A stretch of DNA of 64,000 bases from an uncultured Candidatus Rokubacteria bacterium (GTDB lineage: Bacteria > Methylomirabilota > Methylomirabilia > Rokubacteriales > CSP1-6): assembly GCA_963789955.1 (NCBI GenBank), contig CAWBMV010000022.1, forward strand, positions 320,001 through 384,000. The letters run 5' to 3'. This document shows, one piece after another, positions 48,976 to 59,231 of the stretch; the first letter of the stretch is position 1; each line of letters opens with the position of its first letter. Made by a program: the position numbers and the translations under genes. Under the pieces are notes generated by a model. The model was not told the DNA's origin. It searched no databases and was given only the letters and a program-made list of their open reading frames with translations.

Positions 48976-50095
48976 TCATGGCCGGGCGCTCGCGCGCGCC
49001 GGCCGGCGCAGGAGTGTGTCGAGCGGGGTGCGCAGCGCGTGCTCGAGGGCGCCGCAGACGAGGATGATCAGCCCCTGGATGACCACCACCATGTCGCGCG
49101 TGAGCTTCGGCATGTCGAACGAGAGCTCCGAGCCGCCCTGATAGAGCGCGCCGAACAGGACCGCGGCGATCACGATGCCGACGGGATGGTTGCGGCCCAT
49201 CAGGGCCACCGCGATCCCGACGTAGCCGGCGCCGCCGGGGAAGTTCAGGAGCAGCCGATGCTGTACGCCCATGACCTCGTTCAGGCTCATGAGGCCGGCC
49301 AGCGCGCCCGAGATCGACATGGCCACGATCACCGTGCGCGCGGGCTGGATGCCTCCGTAGATCGCGGCCGTCTCGTTGTGGCCCAGCGCGCGCAGCTCGT
49401 AACCCCAGCGCGTATGCCAGAGGTAGAGCCAGACGAGACCGCCGACCGCCAGCGCCAGGAGCAGCGAGAGATTGACCGGCGAGCGGCCGATCTCCCAGCC
49501 GATCGATCGAGCCAGGTCGTGGAGCTGCGGCATCCACGCGCTCGGGGCGAACTCGCGCGTCTCGGGCGATTGCTGGCCGGGCTTGATCAGGACGTTGACG
49601 AGGAGGTGCGTCATCACCGCCGAGGCGATGAAATTGAACATGATCGTGGTGATCACGACGTGGCTGCCGCGCTTGGCCTGCAGCCACGCGGGCACGAACG
49701 CCCACGCGGCGCCGCCGGCCGCCGCCACGACGACGGCGGCGAGAATGACCAGTATGGTCGGCCAGCCGCCGGCGCCGAGGCACAGCAGCGCCACGCCGAG
49801 GCCGCCGATGTAGGCCTGGCCCTCGGCTCCGATGTTGAAGAGGCCGCCGTGGAACGCGACGGCGACGGCGAGGCCGGTGAAGATGAAGTTGGTCGCGTAG
49901 TAGAGGGTGTAGCCGATCGCCTCGGCGTTCCCGAACGCGCCGCTCACCAGCAGGCGCAGCGCTCGCGTCGGACTCTCGCCGATCAGGAGCACCACCACCG
50001 CGGACAGGACCAGCGCGAGCGCGAGGTTGATGGCCGGCAGCAGCACCGGAACGACCCAGCCGAGCCGCGCGCGTTCCGAGAGTCGCCGCTGTCAT
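48976..50095 (-). CDS. Nucleoside/sugar ABC transporter permease I (apparent frameshift near 50060)
   Basis: GLFNIGAEGQ, VITTIMFNFIA, GYELRALG, GIAVALMGRNHPVG; ATG 50095. Confidence 0.88.
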
Positions 50096-50157
50096 CCCGG
50101 GATTATCGCGCACGCCCCGCGCCGAAGTCGACGCCGATGGCCGCGCGCCGCTCGCGA

Positions 50158-51357
50158 CTAATCGTCGAACCCGCGGATTCGGCGGAGCTCGGGGAACAGA
50201 ACGATCCAGAGAACCGCGACGGCGATCGTGCCGATGCCGCCCAGGAGCACCGCGGGCACCGTCCCGACGAGGGCCGCGACGAGGCCGGACTCGAACGCGC
50301 CCAGCTGGTTGGACGTGCCGGTGAAGAGCGAATGCACCGCGCTCACCCGGCCGAGCATCGTGATGGGCGTCCGGATCTGGACGAGCGACGAGCGAATGAC
50401 GACGCTCACGACGTCGGCGGCGCCCAGGACGCCGAGCGCCAGGAAGGAGAGCGCGAAGTTGGACGAGATGCCGAACGCCACCGTCGCCGCACCGAACACG
50501 AAGACGGCGCGAAACAAGGTTCGCCCGATGCGCCACTGAAGCGGACGGTACGCGAGGAAGAGCGAGGTCAGGAGCGCGCCCACCGCCGGCGCCGAGCGGA
50601 GCAGACCGAGTCCGCCAGGGCCCGCGCCGAGAATGTCCCGGGCATAGATCGGCAGCAGGGCCGTGGCACCGCCGCCGAGCAGCACGGCGAACATGTCGAG
50701 CGACATCGTGCCGAGCAACACGCGCTGACCGCGGATGAACACGATCCCCGAGAGCACGCTCTCGAGCACGACCGGCTCCGAGGTCCGTGCCGTCTGCCCG
50801 GTCCGGATGAGCGCGGTGCAGACGCCCGAGGCGACGAACAGTGCACCGGCCGTCAGATAGGTCGTGCCGGGGCCGATCACATAGAGAAAGCCGCCGAGCG
50901 CCGGCCCGACGATCCGTGCCGTCTGCGTCGCCGACACGAGCCAGGCCATCGCGCGCGCGACGAGCGGCTTGCCGACGACGTCGGACACGAGCGCCGTCGT
51001 GGTGGGGTTCTCGAACGCCCGCGCGGCGCCGACGAGCGCCACCGTCGCGAAGATGCTCGTGCTGGAGAGCCACCCGTGGACGCTGCCGGCCACGAGCACG
51101 GCGGCGGCCCCGGCCTCGACGAGCTGACAGATCGAGGCGATCAGGCGGCGATCGTAGCGGTCGGCGACCTGTCCGACGATCAACGTCAGCACCACGATCG
51201 GCGCGAACTGGGCGAGGCCGACCAGCCCGAGGTCCAGCGCGCTGCCGGTCAGCGCGTAGAGCTGCCAGCCGACGGCGACGCCCAGCATGTTGAACGCGAG
51301 GTTCGAGAGAATGCGCGAGCACCAGAGCAGGGTGAAGGCGGGGCGGGCGAGCAGCAC
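50158..51357 (-). CDS. MFS transporter (MFS_3/EntS-like)
   Basis: WQLYALTGSALDLGLVGL, GQVADRYDRR, LGRVSAV; likely GTG start at 51357. Confidence 0.88.
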   Translation of the reverse strand: MLLARPAFTLLWCSRILSNLAFNMLGVAVGWQLYALTGSALDLGLVGLAQFAPIVVLTLIVGQVADRYDRRLIASICQLVEAGAAAVLVAGSVHGWLSSTSIFATVALVGAARAFENPTTTALVSDVVGKPLVARAMAWLVSATQTARIVGPALGGFLYVIGPGTTYLTAGALFVASGVCTALIRTGQTARTSEPVVLESVLSGIVFIRGQRVLLGTMSLDMFAVLLGGGATALLPIYARDILGAGPGGLGLLRSAPAVGALLTSLFLAYRPLQWRIGRTLFRAVFVFGAATVAFGISSNFALSFLALGVLGAADVVSVVIRSSLVQIRTPITMLGRVSAVHSLFTGTSNQLGAFESGLVAALVGTVPAVLLGGIGTIAVAVLWIVLFPELRRIRGFDD

Positions 51358-51440
51358 CGCGGAATCGTAGCAGAACGGCGCCGGCGTACGCGGCACGACG
51401 CCGGGCTCGCGTGATACTGTCTGGCCGACGGAGGGCGCCG

Positions 51441-52653
51441 ATGAGACAGGGCTTTCGAGTGATCGACTCGGACACTCACGTGAATCCGTCCCTCGACGTG
51501 CTGCTGCGCTACGCGGACAAGGACCTCCAGCAGCGGATCGACGATCTTCAGCCGTATCGGCGGACGGTCAAGACGGTTCCCGGCCGGGGCGACGCCGAGG
51601 ATGTCGGCAGCGCCACGATCCTGTCGGTCAAGCCGGTCCGCTTGCAGCGCGTGGCCGGGGAAAAAGCCAAGCCGGCCGCCGGCGCGGACGGCGATCGCGG
51701 ATTCCTCTCGGGGCGCACGCAGATGGTCACGCGCCAGCCGATCACCGCCGCGCGTCGCCGAAGACAACGGGCGCGGCCGCCTGCGCGACATGGATCTCGA
51801 GGGCCGCGACATCGACTTCATCATCCCCGGGCCGTGGGCCTATGGCGCTCCGGCGCTGGCGCCGCACCTCGCGCAGGGGCTCTATCGCGCCTACCACCGC
51901 TACATGGCCGACTACTGCTCGGCGGACTCGCGCCGTCTCAAGAGCATGGTCCTGGCGCTCGCCAGCGATCCGAGCTGGAGCGCGCAGACGATCAAGGAGC
52001 ACGCCCGCGAGGATTGGGTGGCCGCGGTATGGCCGCTGCTCCCCGAGGGCATGCCGATCGACGATCCGGACCTGGAGCCGATCTGGGCCGCCGCCGACGA
52101 AGCCGATCTGCCGATCATGTACCACGCGTTTACGATCGAGACGCCGTACTTCCCGGGCTATCGCGACATCTGGGACAACCCCGCGATGGGGCGCTGCGCC
52201 GGCCAGACCTGGGGCGGCCAGCGGTTTCTCTCGTTCATGCTGATGGGCGGCATGCTCGATCGCTATCCGCGCCTGCGGATCGGCGCCCTCGAGAGCGGCC
52301 ACGGCTGGCTGCCGCACTGGCTCGTGCGGCTGTCGCGGCAGATCGACTACGTGCGCGGCTCCGTCTCTCCCGCGCTCAAGCACACGCCGCTCGAATACGC
52401 GCAGATGGGGCGTGTCTTCCTGAGCATCGACCTATCGGAAGGAGTGGCGCTGACGAAGGCCGCGATCGACCTGCTCGGCGATCACGTGCTGATGTTCGCC
52501 TCGGACTATCCGCACCCGGAGACGATCTTTCCCGACCACGCGGATTCGGTCATCGGGTGGCGGCAGGTGCTCGGCGAGGAAGCGACGCGCAAGCTCATGT
52601 GGGAGAACGCGAGCCGCTTCTTCCGTCTGACGTCGACGCCGTGGGCTACTTAG
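51441..52653 (+). CDS. Amidohydrolase family protein (frameshift near 51750)
   Basis: VIDSDTH, RLRDMDLEGRD, YH, ESGHGWLP, FASDYPHPE. Confidence 0.85.
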
Positions 52654-53761
52654 CGGCCGACGATGTCCACGGGATCGTTCGCTTCTTCAGCTCGGTCTCG
52701 TCGAGCTCGAGTCCGAGGCCCGGCGCGTCGGAGAGCGCGAACTTGCCCTTGACCGGCCGCACGGGCGTGCGGAACACGACGTCCTGCACCTGATAGGGTC
52801 CGTTGTACTCGGCCGGATGGTGCGAGTGCGTCAGCGACGCCACGAAGTGCAGGTTGGCGGTGTGGCCGATCGACGGCTGTGTCTGGTGCGGCACGAAGTC
52901 GACGCCGTAGGCGCGGGCCAGCGCGGCCATGTCGGCCAGGCCCGTGAAGCCGCCCGTCTTCACGATGTCGGGCTGGACGATGTCCACGCCCGCCTCGATC
53001 AGCCGCTTGATGCCTTGCAGGGTGTACTCCTGCTCGCCGGCCGAGACGGCGATGTCGAGCGCCGCGGCGACCTTGGCGAAGCTCTCGACGTGATAGTGCT
53101 GCACCGGCTCCTCGAACCACACGTAGCCGAGCTCTTCCAGCGCGCGGCCGACCCGGATCGCACCCTGCACGGAATAGCCGTTGTTCGCGTCGAACGCGAG
53201 CGGGAACCCGTCGCCGACCAGGGTCCGCACGGCCCGCGCCTTCGCGATATCGCCGGCGAGATCGACGTCGCGCGCCGTCTTGTCGGCGTCGAACCGGATC
53301 TTCACCTGCGCGGGTCCGAGCTCGAGCCACGTCTCGACCACGCGGCACACCTCGTCCACGGTGCGCTGGCCGTTGCCGCCGATCGAGGCATAGAAGGGCA
53401 GCTCGCGCCGCCACGCTCCGCCGAGCAGCTTCCACACGGGCTGACCGAGGACCTTGCCCCGCAGATCCCCGAGCGCGATGTCGATCGCGGCGAGCGCGCC
53501 GGCGTAGGCGCCTTCCGGGCCGACCTTGATGTGCTCGTGGAAGAGGCGGTCCTGGATCACGCGCGGCTCCAGGGGATCGGCGCCGAGCAGCATCGGCGTG
53601 AACGCGCTCGCGATGATCTCGAGCGACGCGTTGCCGTGCACCATCGGGCTCGCCTCGCCGAGGCCGAACACGCCGGTGTCGGTCCAGACGCGCACCCAGG
53701 CGCTGCGGTTTCGGCCGGCGCCCCACTCGACGTGAAATGGCTCGACGCGCGCGATCTTCAC
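52646..53761 (-). CDS. Mandelate racemase / muconate lactonising enzyme family protein
   Basis: TDTGVFGLGE, AAIDIAL, KIR, FDANNG, WFEEP, AGEQ, QPD, VPH. Confidence 0.9.
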   Translation of the reverse strand: MKIARVEPFHVEWGAGRNRSAWVRVWTDTGVFGLGEASPMVHGNASLEIIASAFTPMLLGADPLEPRVIQDRLFHEHIKVGPEGAYAGALAAIDIALGDLRGKVLGQPVWKLLGGAWRRELPFYASIGGNGQRTVDEVCRVVETWLELGPAQVKIRFDADKTARDVDLAGDIAKARAVRTLVGDGFPLAFDANNGYSVQGAIRVGRALEELGYVWFEEPVQHYHVESFAKVAAALDIAVSAGEQEYTLQGIKRLIEAGVDIVQPDIVKTGGFTGLADMAALARAYGVDFVPHQTQPSIGHTANLHFVASLTHSHHPAEYNGPYQVQDVVFRTPVRPVKGKFALSDAPGLGLELDETELKKRTIPWTSSAAK

Positions 53762-53838
53762 TGGATCCTCCTGAGCTCCCGCGGGCAGCGCTCTGCGCCG
53801 CCGGGGCCGACAGCATAGCGCCGAGTCCTTGGATCTCG

Positions 53839-54513
53839 CTAGCCGGCCTTCCGGAACGTGAGGTTGATCCGATGACGGCCGGTGAGCGGGTGCTCACCGT
53901 CGGTCAGCGGCGCGACACCGTGGAAGGCGAGGCGAGCCGGGCCGCCCCACACGACGACGTCACCGCTCTCCAGTCGGACCCGGCGCGCGCGATCCTGACG
54001 GCGCGCGCCGCCGAACAGAAACACCGCGGGAAGCCCGAGTGAGACCGAGACGATCGGCGCGCTGAAGTCGCGCTCGTTCCGATCCTGGTGCAGCGAGAGC
54101 CGCGTGCCGGGCTCGTAGCGGTTGACCAGGCATGCGTCGGGCTCGAAGCTCGGGAATCCGGCCGCCGCCGCCGCGCTCGTGGCGACGTCGCGAAAGACCG
54201 TGGGCAACGGGGGCCAGGGGCGTCGTGTCGATGGATCGGTCGTCGTGTAGCGATAGCCGCTGCGGTCGGTCACCCAGCCCAGGCGACCACAGTTGGTCAT
54301 TTCGATCGACATCGTGTAGCCGCCCGGCGTGACCATGTGACGAAACGGCGCCGCGGCGACGAGACTCGCGACGGTTTCGACCAGCGCGGGTGCCTGCGGC
54401 TCGACGAATCGCCTGAGGATCGTGGCGCCCTCGGCGAGCGCTTCCGCTCCCGCGCCGGCCTGCGACTCGGCGCCGAACAGATCTGGAGTGGCCGCGGAGC
54501 GGCGCCGGCTCAT
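53839..54513 (-). CDS. alkB: Alpha-ketoglutarate-dependent dioxygenase AlkB
   Basis: PFRHMVTPGG, MTNCG..GW, CLVNRY, LHQD, SVSLG, FHGV, RINLTFR. Confidence 0.93.
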   Translation of the reverse strand: MSRRRSAATPDLFGAESQAGAGAEALAEGATILRRFVEPQAPALVETVASLVAAAPFRHMVTPGGYTMSIEMTNCGRLGWVTDRSGYRYTTTDPSTRRPWPPLPTVFRDVATSAAAAAGFPSFEPDACLVNRYEPGTRLSLHQDRNERDFSAPIVSVSLGLPAVFLFGGARRQDRARRVRLESGDVVVWGGPARLAFHGVAPLTDGEHPLTGRHRINLTFRKAG

Positions 54514-55239
54514 CGCGCGTCGTGAAAGATGACGCCGAGCGTGTGGCGGCTGGCCCGAGCGAAGCCGGCTCACGCCGTGACGCATGGTGACCCGGTAGCT
54601 GCCGCGTGAGCCCCGAACCGGCCGATGACGCACGGGAAAGATGACGCAGTCACCCTGCTCGAGCGGGACGACCTCGGCGCGGGACTGCATGCGCGGCCGC
54701 TGCTCGGTCAGCACGAACTCGCCGCCCGTGAAATCTCGCCCCGGCACGGCGAGGAGCACGGTGGCCTGGATCGGAAACAGGTGCTCGCCGTACACGTCCT
54801 GGTGCAAGCAGTTGTAGTCGCCCTCGCCGTAGCGCAGGACGAGCGGCGTCGGCTTGGTCTGCCCGGCGCGGTGACAGCGATCGAGAAACTCCGCGAGCGT
54901 GCTCGGGTAACGCACGCCGATCCCCATCGCCTCGTTCCAGGGGTTCGCGATGTCGGCCAGCGCCGGGTACAGGGCGGCGCGGAGCTCGCTGACGACCGGC
55001 GGAAGCGGATAGGCGAAGTACTTGTACTCGCCCCGCCCGAATCCGTGCTGGGCCATCACGATGCGGGAGCGGAACGCGTCCTCATCGTCGTAGCCCTTGG
55101 CCAGCGCGTCGCAGGTCTCGGGCGCGACGAGGCCGTTCACGACCGCACAGCCGTGAAGGTCGAGCGCGGCAGCGATCGCGCGCCAGTCGAGCGCCGCGAT
55201 GCGCTCGGTCATGGTCGTCGACGTGTCGGTCTTGCTCAC
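54510..55239 (-). CDS. 2OG-Fe(II) oxygenase (DUF2086 family), one extra base near 54550
   Basis: FRSRIVMAQHGFGRGEYKYF, YNCLHQD, EQRPRMQSR, RHGVS; the true end HTLGVIFHDAR* overlaps the alkB ATG; SD GGAGG before GTG 55239. Confidence 0.85.
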
Positions 55240-55379
55240 AGGCGCCTCCACGGCTATGATCCCACTCTTCAACTGGTTATACGCGCCGCGGCGGCGAAAG
55301 GGTGGGGAGCGCGACGTGATAAGTTCAGGGCTGAACGCGGGCAGGGTGTCGACACCCCGTTCCCCAAGGGAGATGAGCC

Positions 55380-56246
55380 ATGGCGAAGAGGCGAGTCGTG
55401 ATCACCGGCGCGGCCGGCTACGTCGGCCAGCGCATGTTCAAGGAGCTTTCCGAGCGCTGGGACCTGGTGCCGATCGACGTCATCGCCGCGACCAGGAGCG
55501 GCGAGAAGGTGCCCGGCCTCGTGGTCACCGATCTGACCAATCCGGACCGTAACCAGTATCGCCAGCACTTCCGCGGCGCCGACGCGGTGATTCACCTGGG
55601 CTACGTGCGCGCGCCCGGGATGGACGCCACGACGTGGCAGGAGAACAACGACGCGAAATTCTGGGCCGAGCACCAGAACGTCGCGCTCGCCTACAACGTC
55701 TACCGCGTGGCCCTCGAGGAGGGCGTGCGCCGCGTGGTGGTCGCCAGCTCCAACCACGCCGCGGACTACTACGAGCGCCTGGTGTGGGACGGGCGGGTCG
55801 ACATGGTCACGCCCGAGATGCCGCCGCGCTCCGACAACTGGTACGGATGGGCCAAGGCGGCCTATGAGCTGCTCGGCTTCGTGTTCGCCACCGGCAAGGT
55901 CGACGGCAAGAAGCTCGAGGTCGTGCAGTGGCGCATCGGCGGCCCGCGCGACGACGATATCGAGCACGTGAAGCCCGGGGACATCAAGGTGATGCACCGG
56001 GCGCTCGGCGCCTACCTCTCGCGGCGGGATCAGGTGCAGCAGGCGATTCGCATGGTCGAGACGCCGGACATCAGGGACGAGCACGGCGTGCCGTTCCTGA
56101 TCGTGTACGGGATCAGCGGCAACACGCATCGGTTCTGGAGCCTGGCCAGCGCCAAGACGAAGATCGGCTACGAGCCTCAGGACGACAGCCAGGTGAATTT
56201 CGCCGACGCCATCGCCGCGATCGCGCGCAAAGCCCCGAAGGCGTGA
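55380..56246 (+). CDS. NAD(P)-dependent epimerase/dehydrogenase (uronate-dehydrogenase-like extended SDR)
   Basis: ITGAAGYVG, ASSNHA, YGWAK. Confidence 0.85.
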   Translation: MAKRRVVITGAAGYVGQRMFKELSERWDLVPIDVIAATRSGEKVPGLVVTDLTNPDRNQYRQHFRGADAVIHLGYVRAPGMDATTWQENNDAKFWAEHQNVALAYNVYRVALEEGVRRVVVASSNHAADYYERLVWDGRVDMVTPEMPPRSDNWYGWAKAAYELLGFVFATGKVDGKKLEVVQWRIGGPRDDDIEHVKPGDIKVMHRALGAYLSRRDQVQQAIRMVETPDIRDEHGVPFLIVYGISGNTHRFWSLASAKTKIGYEPQDDSQVNFADAIAAIARKAPKA

Positions 56247-56268
56247 CGCACCGGCGGGGCCGAATCGC

Positions 56269-57266
56269 GTGAGGCGACGGCCGGCGCGAGTTCATCGGCT
56301 TCGCGATCCTGGGCGCGCTGGCCGCGCCGTCGTGCGGCCGGGGCGCAGACGCGCAAGGTATCGCGGATCGGTGTGCTCTCGCCGTTCACTCCAATCCGAC
56401 GGTCCCGCGCCGTCGTTTCACGTGTTCCGCGACACCTTGCGTGAGCTCGGCCACGTCGAGGGCGCCAACGTCTCGTTCGAGTACCGCTGGGCCGGCGGCA
56501 AGTACGACCGCCTGCCGGCGCTCGCGACCGAGCTCGCACAGAGCAAGGTCGACCTCATCCTCTCGGCGTGGAGCACGCCGAGTGCCCTGGCGGCCAAGCA
56601 CGCCACGACGAGCATTCCCATCGTCTTCGTCGGGGTCGGCGACGCGGTCGGGGTCGAGCTGGTCGCGAGCCTCGCGCGGCCCGGCGGCAACGTCACGGGC
56701 TCCACGTTTCTGTCCGAGGAGACCGTCGGCAAGCTGCTCCAGCTCCTGAAGGAGGTCGTTCCGCGCGCGTCGCGCGTCGCGATCGTGTCCAACCCGGCGA
56801 ATCCCGTCTACGTGTCGCTGCTGAAGGACGTCGAGGCGATGGGACGCCAGCTGAACATCTACGTCGTGCGCCTCGGGATCCAGGGGCCCGGGGACGTCGA
56901 CGCGATGTTCGACTCCGCCAGGCGGGAGCGACTCGACGGCCTGGTCGTCATGCGCGATTTCGTCTTGATCACGTATCGAGAGCGCCTCGTCGAGCTGGCC
57001 GCGAAAGCTCGGATGCCGGTCATGTACGGCATGCGGGAATTCGTCGACGCCGGCGGTCTCATGTCGTTCGAGCCGAGTCTCTGACCGAGCTCTACCGGCG
57101 CGCCGCCGGCCTCGTGCACAAGATCCTCGCGGGGGCCAAGCCGGCGGACCTGCCGGTCGAGCAGTCGAGCCGGTTCGAGCTGGTCGTCAACCTCAAGACG
57201 GCCAGGACGCTCGGCCTGACGATCCCCGCGCCCGTGCTGTTGCGCGCCGACCAGGTGATCGAGTGA
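56269..57266 (+). CDS. Orphan ABC substrate-binding protein (ABC_sub_bind / PF04392-like), frameshifted
   Basis: RREFI leader, [55 protein letters not shown]. Confidence 0.85.
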
Positions 57267-57326
57267 AACGGGGGATCTTGCTATCCTAGGGGCGCCGATC
57301 CGACGGGCCCGTGAAAGGATGACGCG

Positions 57327-58154
57327 ATGAAGCTCACCTCGGCGCAGCTCGAGCAGTTCGACCGCGACGGCTACCTGTTCTTCCCGAGCATCTTCTCGCC
57401 CGAGGAGATCAGGACCCTGACCGACGAGGTGCCCAGGCTCTACGCGCAGCACCGGCCCGAGAACGTCCGCGAGAAGGGCAGCGACGCCGTGCGCACGAAC
57501 TTCGCCGCGCACATGTACAGCGCGCCCTTCGCGAGGCTCGCGCGCCACCCGCGGATGGTCGAGCCGGTCGTCCAGGTCTTCGGCGAGCCGGTCTACATGC
57601 ACCAGTTCAAGATCAACGGCAAGATGGCCTTCGACGGCGACGTGTGGCAATGGCACCAGGACTTCGGGACCTGGTTCAACGACGACCAGATGCCCGAAGC
57701 GCGCGCCATGAACGTCGCGATCTTTCTCGACGCGGTGAACGAGTTCAACGGGCCGCTGATGTTCATCCCGGGCAGCCACAAGCTGGGGGTGCTCGATGCC
57801 GGGCACGACACCACGACGACGAGCTATCCCCTGTGGACCATCGACAAGGCGACGATCACCAAGCTGATCAAGCGCGGCGGTCTGGTGGCGCCCAAGGGGC
57901 CGGAAGGCTCGATGATCATGTTCCACTCGTGCCTCGTCCACGCCTCGACGTCGAACCTCTCGCCGTGGAACCGGGTGAGCGTCTACCTGAGCCTCTGCGC
58001 GGTCTCCAACCACATCCGGAGATTCAAGCGGCCGGAGTACATCGCCCACCGCGACTTCACGCCGATCGAGTGCCTGCCGGACGACTGTCTGCGGCGCCCG
58101 TACGACGTGGCGCTGCCGTGGAAAGACGGCACGCCGGAGGCGGCGCTCAGGTAG
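57327..58154 (+). CDS. Phytanoyl-CoA dioxygenase family (EctD-like) 2OG-Fe(II) enzyme
   Basis: FDRDGY, KINGK..WQWHQD, NGPLMFIPGSH, LVHAS..N.SP..R. Confidence 0.88.
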   Translation: MKLTSAQLEQFDRDGYLFFPSIFSPEEIRTLTDEVPRLYAQHRPENVREKGSDAVRTNFAAHMYSAPFARLARHPRMVEPVVQVFGEPVYMHQFKINGKMAFDGDVWQWHQDFGTWFNDDQMPEARAMNVAIFLDAVNEFNGPLMFIPGSHKLGVLDAGHDTTTTSYPLWTIDKATITKLIKRGGLVAPKGPEGSMIMFHSCLVHASTSNLSPWNRVSVYLSLCAVSNHIRRFKRPEYIAHRDFTPIECLPDDCLRRPYDVALPWKDGTPEAALR

Positions 58155-59220
58155 TCCGTCGCGGTTTCAGCTTCAGCAAGCGCGCCGCGTTGAGCCCGAG
58201 AATCTTCGCGCGGTCGCCGTCCTTCAAGAACGTACAGCCGTCGACGAATCCCCGCGGGTCGTACCAGCCCATGTCGTAGGGATAGTCCGTGCCGACGACG
58301 AGATGGTCGGCGCCCCAGAGGTTCACCAGGTGGCGCAGCTGCTCGCGGTCGAAGACGATCGTGTCGAAGTAGAGCTTGGCGAGCGACTGGCGCGGCTTTT
58401 TCTTGAGCACCGTGCGCGGATCGACCCGCGCGCCCCACGCGTGATCCATGCGCGCCGGATAGTGCGAGACGTAGCCGCCGCCGTGCGCCGCGACGATCTT
58501 CAGCTTGGGGTAGCGCTCGAGGATCCCGTCGAACACCAGGTGCGCGATGGCCACGGTCGAGTCGAGCGGGTTGCCGATGATGTTGATGAAGTAGTGGTCC
58601 GACAGCCGCTCGCCGCCGGTGAACCCGTTCGGGTGCATGAAGACCATCGCGTCGAGCTCCTGCGCCTTCGCCCAGAAGGCGTCGCGGCCCCGCGAGATCT
58701 CCTGGCCGTTGACGTTCGTGCCGATCTCGACCCCGCGGAAGCCGAGCCGCTTCACGCAGTAGTCGAGCTCCTCGGCCGCGAGGTCCGGCGCCTGGAGCGG
58801 GACGTCGGCCAGCGCGACGAAGCGATCGGGGTGCTTCTGGACGATGGCCGCGAGGTTCTCGTTGATGGCCCGCGCGGTTTTGCGGCCGTGCTCGGGATCG
58901 AGCGAGTACATGAACTGGAACGGCGAGCACGAGATCGCCTGCACGTCGACACCCATCTTGTCCATGTCACGCAGGCGCTGCTCGACGGACGTGAGGCAGG
59001 TCAGCACGTTCTGCGCCTGCTTCTGGTTGGTCGCGCGCGACAGCTCGTTGGTGAACCGCATCGCCGGCTCGCTGTCGCGCCGGAACACGTCCTTCACCAT
59101 GTCGTCGGCGGGCGGGTAGTGGACGTGGCAGTGAACGTCGACGCAGAGGTGCCGGCGGCGACCCTTGATGGCGCGGGACGCGCCACCGCGTGCTACGGGA
59201 CCGGGACATGTGAAGAGCAC
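58147..59220 (-). CDS. Amidohydrolase family protein (ACMSD/decarboxylase-like)
   Basis: VDVHCH, VFMHP, AHGGG, GTDYPYDMG. Confidence 0.88.
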   Translation of the reverse strand: MLFTCPGPVARGGASRAIKGRRRHLCVDVHCHVHYPPADDMVKDVFRRDSEPAMRFTNELSRATNQKQAQNVLTCLTSVEQRLRDMDKMGVDVQAISCSPFQFMYSLDPEHGRKTARAINENLAAIVQKHPDRFVALADVPLQAPDLAAEELDYCVKRLGFRGVEIGTNVNGQEISRGRDAFWAKAQELDAMVFMHPNGFTGGERLSDHYFINIIGNPLDSTVAIAHLVFDGILERYPKLKIVAAHGGGYVSHYPARMDHAWGARVDPRTVLKKKPRQSLAKLYFDTIVFDREQLRHLVNLWGADHLVVGTDYPYDMGWYDPRGFVDGCTFLKDGDRAKILGLNAARLLKLKPRRTT

Positions 59221-59231
59221 GTGCAGTCTCC

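Noticed and set aside
53839..55272. Apparent 477-aa DUF2086-AlkB double-dioxygenase fusion in the ORF track
   Set aside because: The normal DUF2086 ending HTLGVIFHDAR* is present in the adjacent frame and overlaps the alkB ATG (ATGA); one extra base near 54550 explains the fusion.
57327..58154. Calling the PhyH-family gene ectD
   Set aside because: The signature is only EctD-like and no ectABC genes are nearby; the substrate is unknown.
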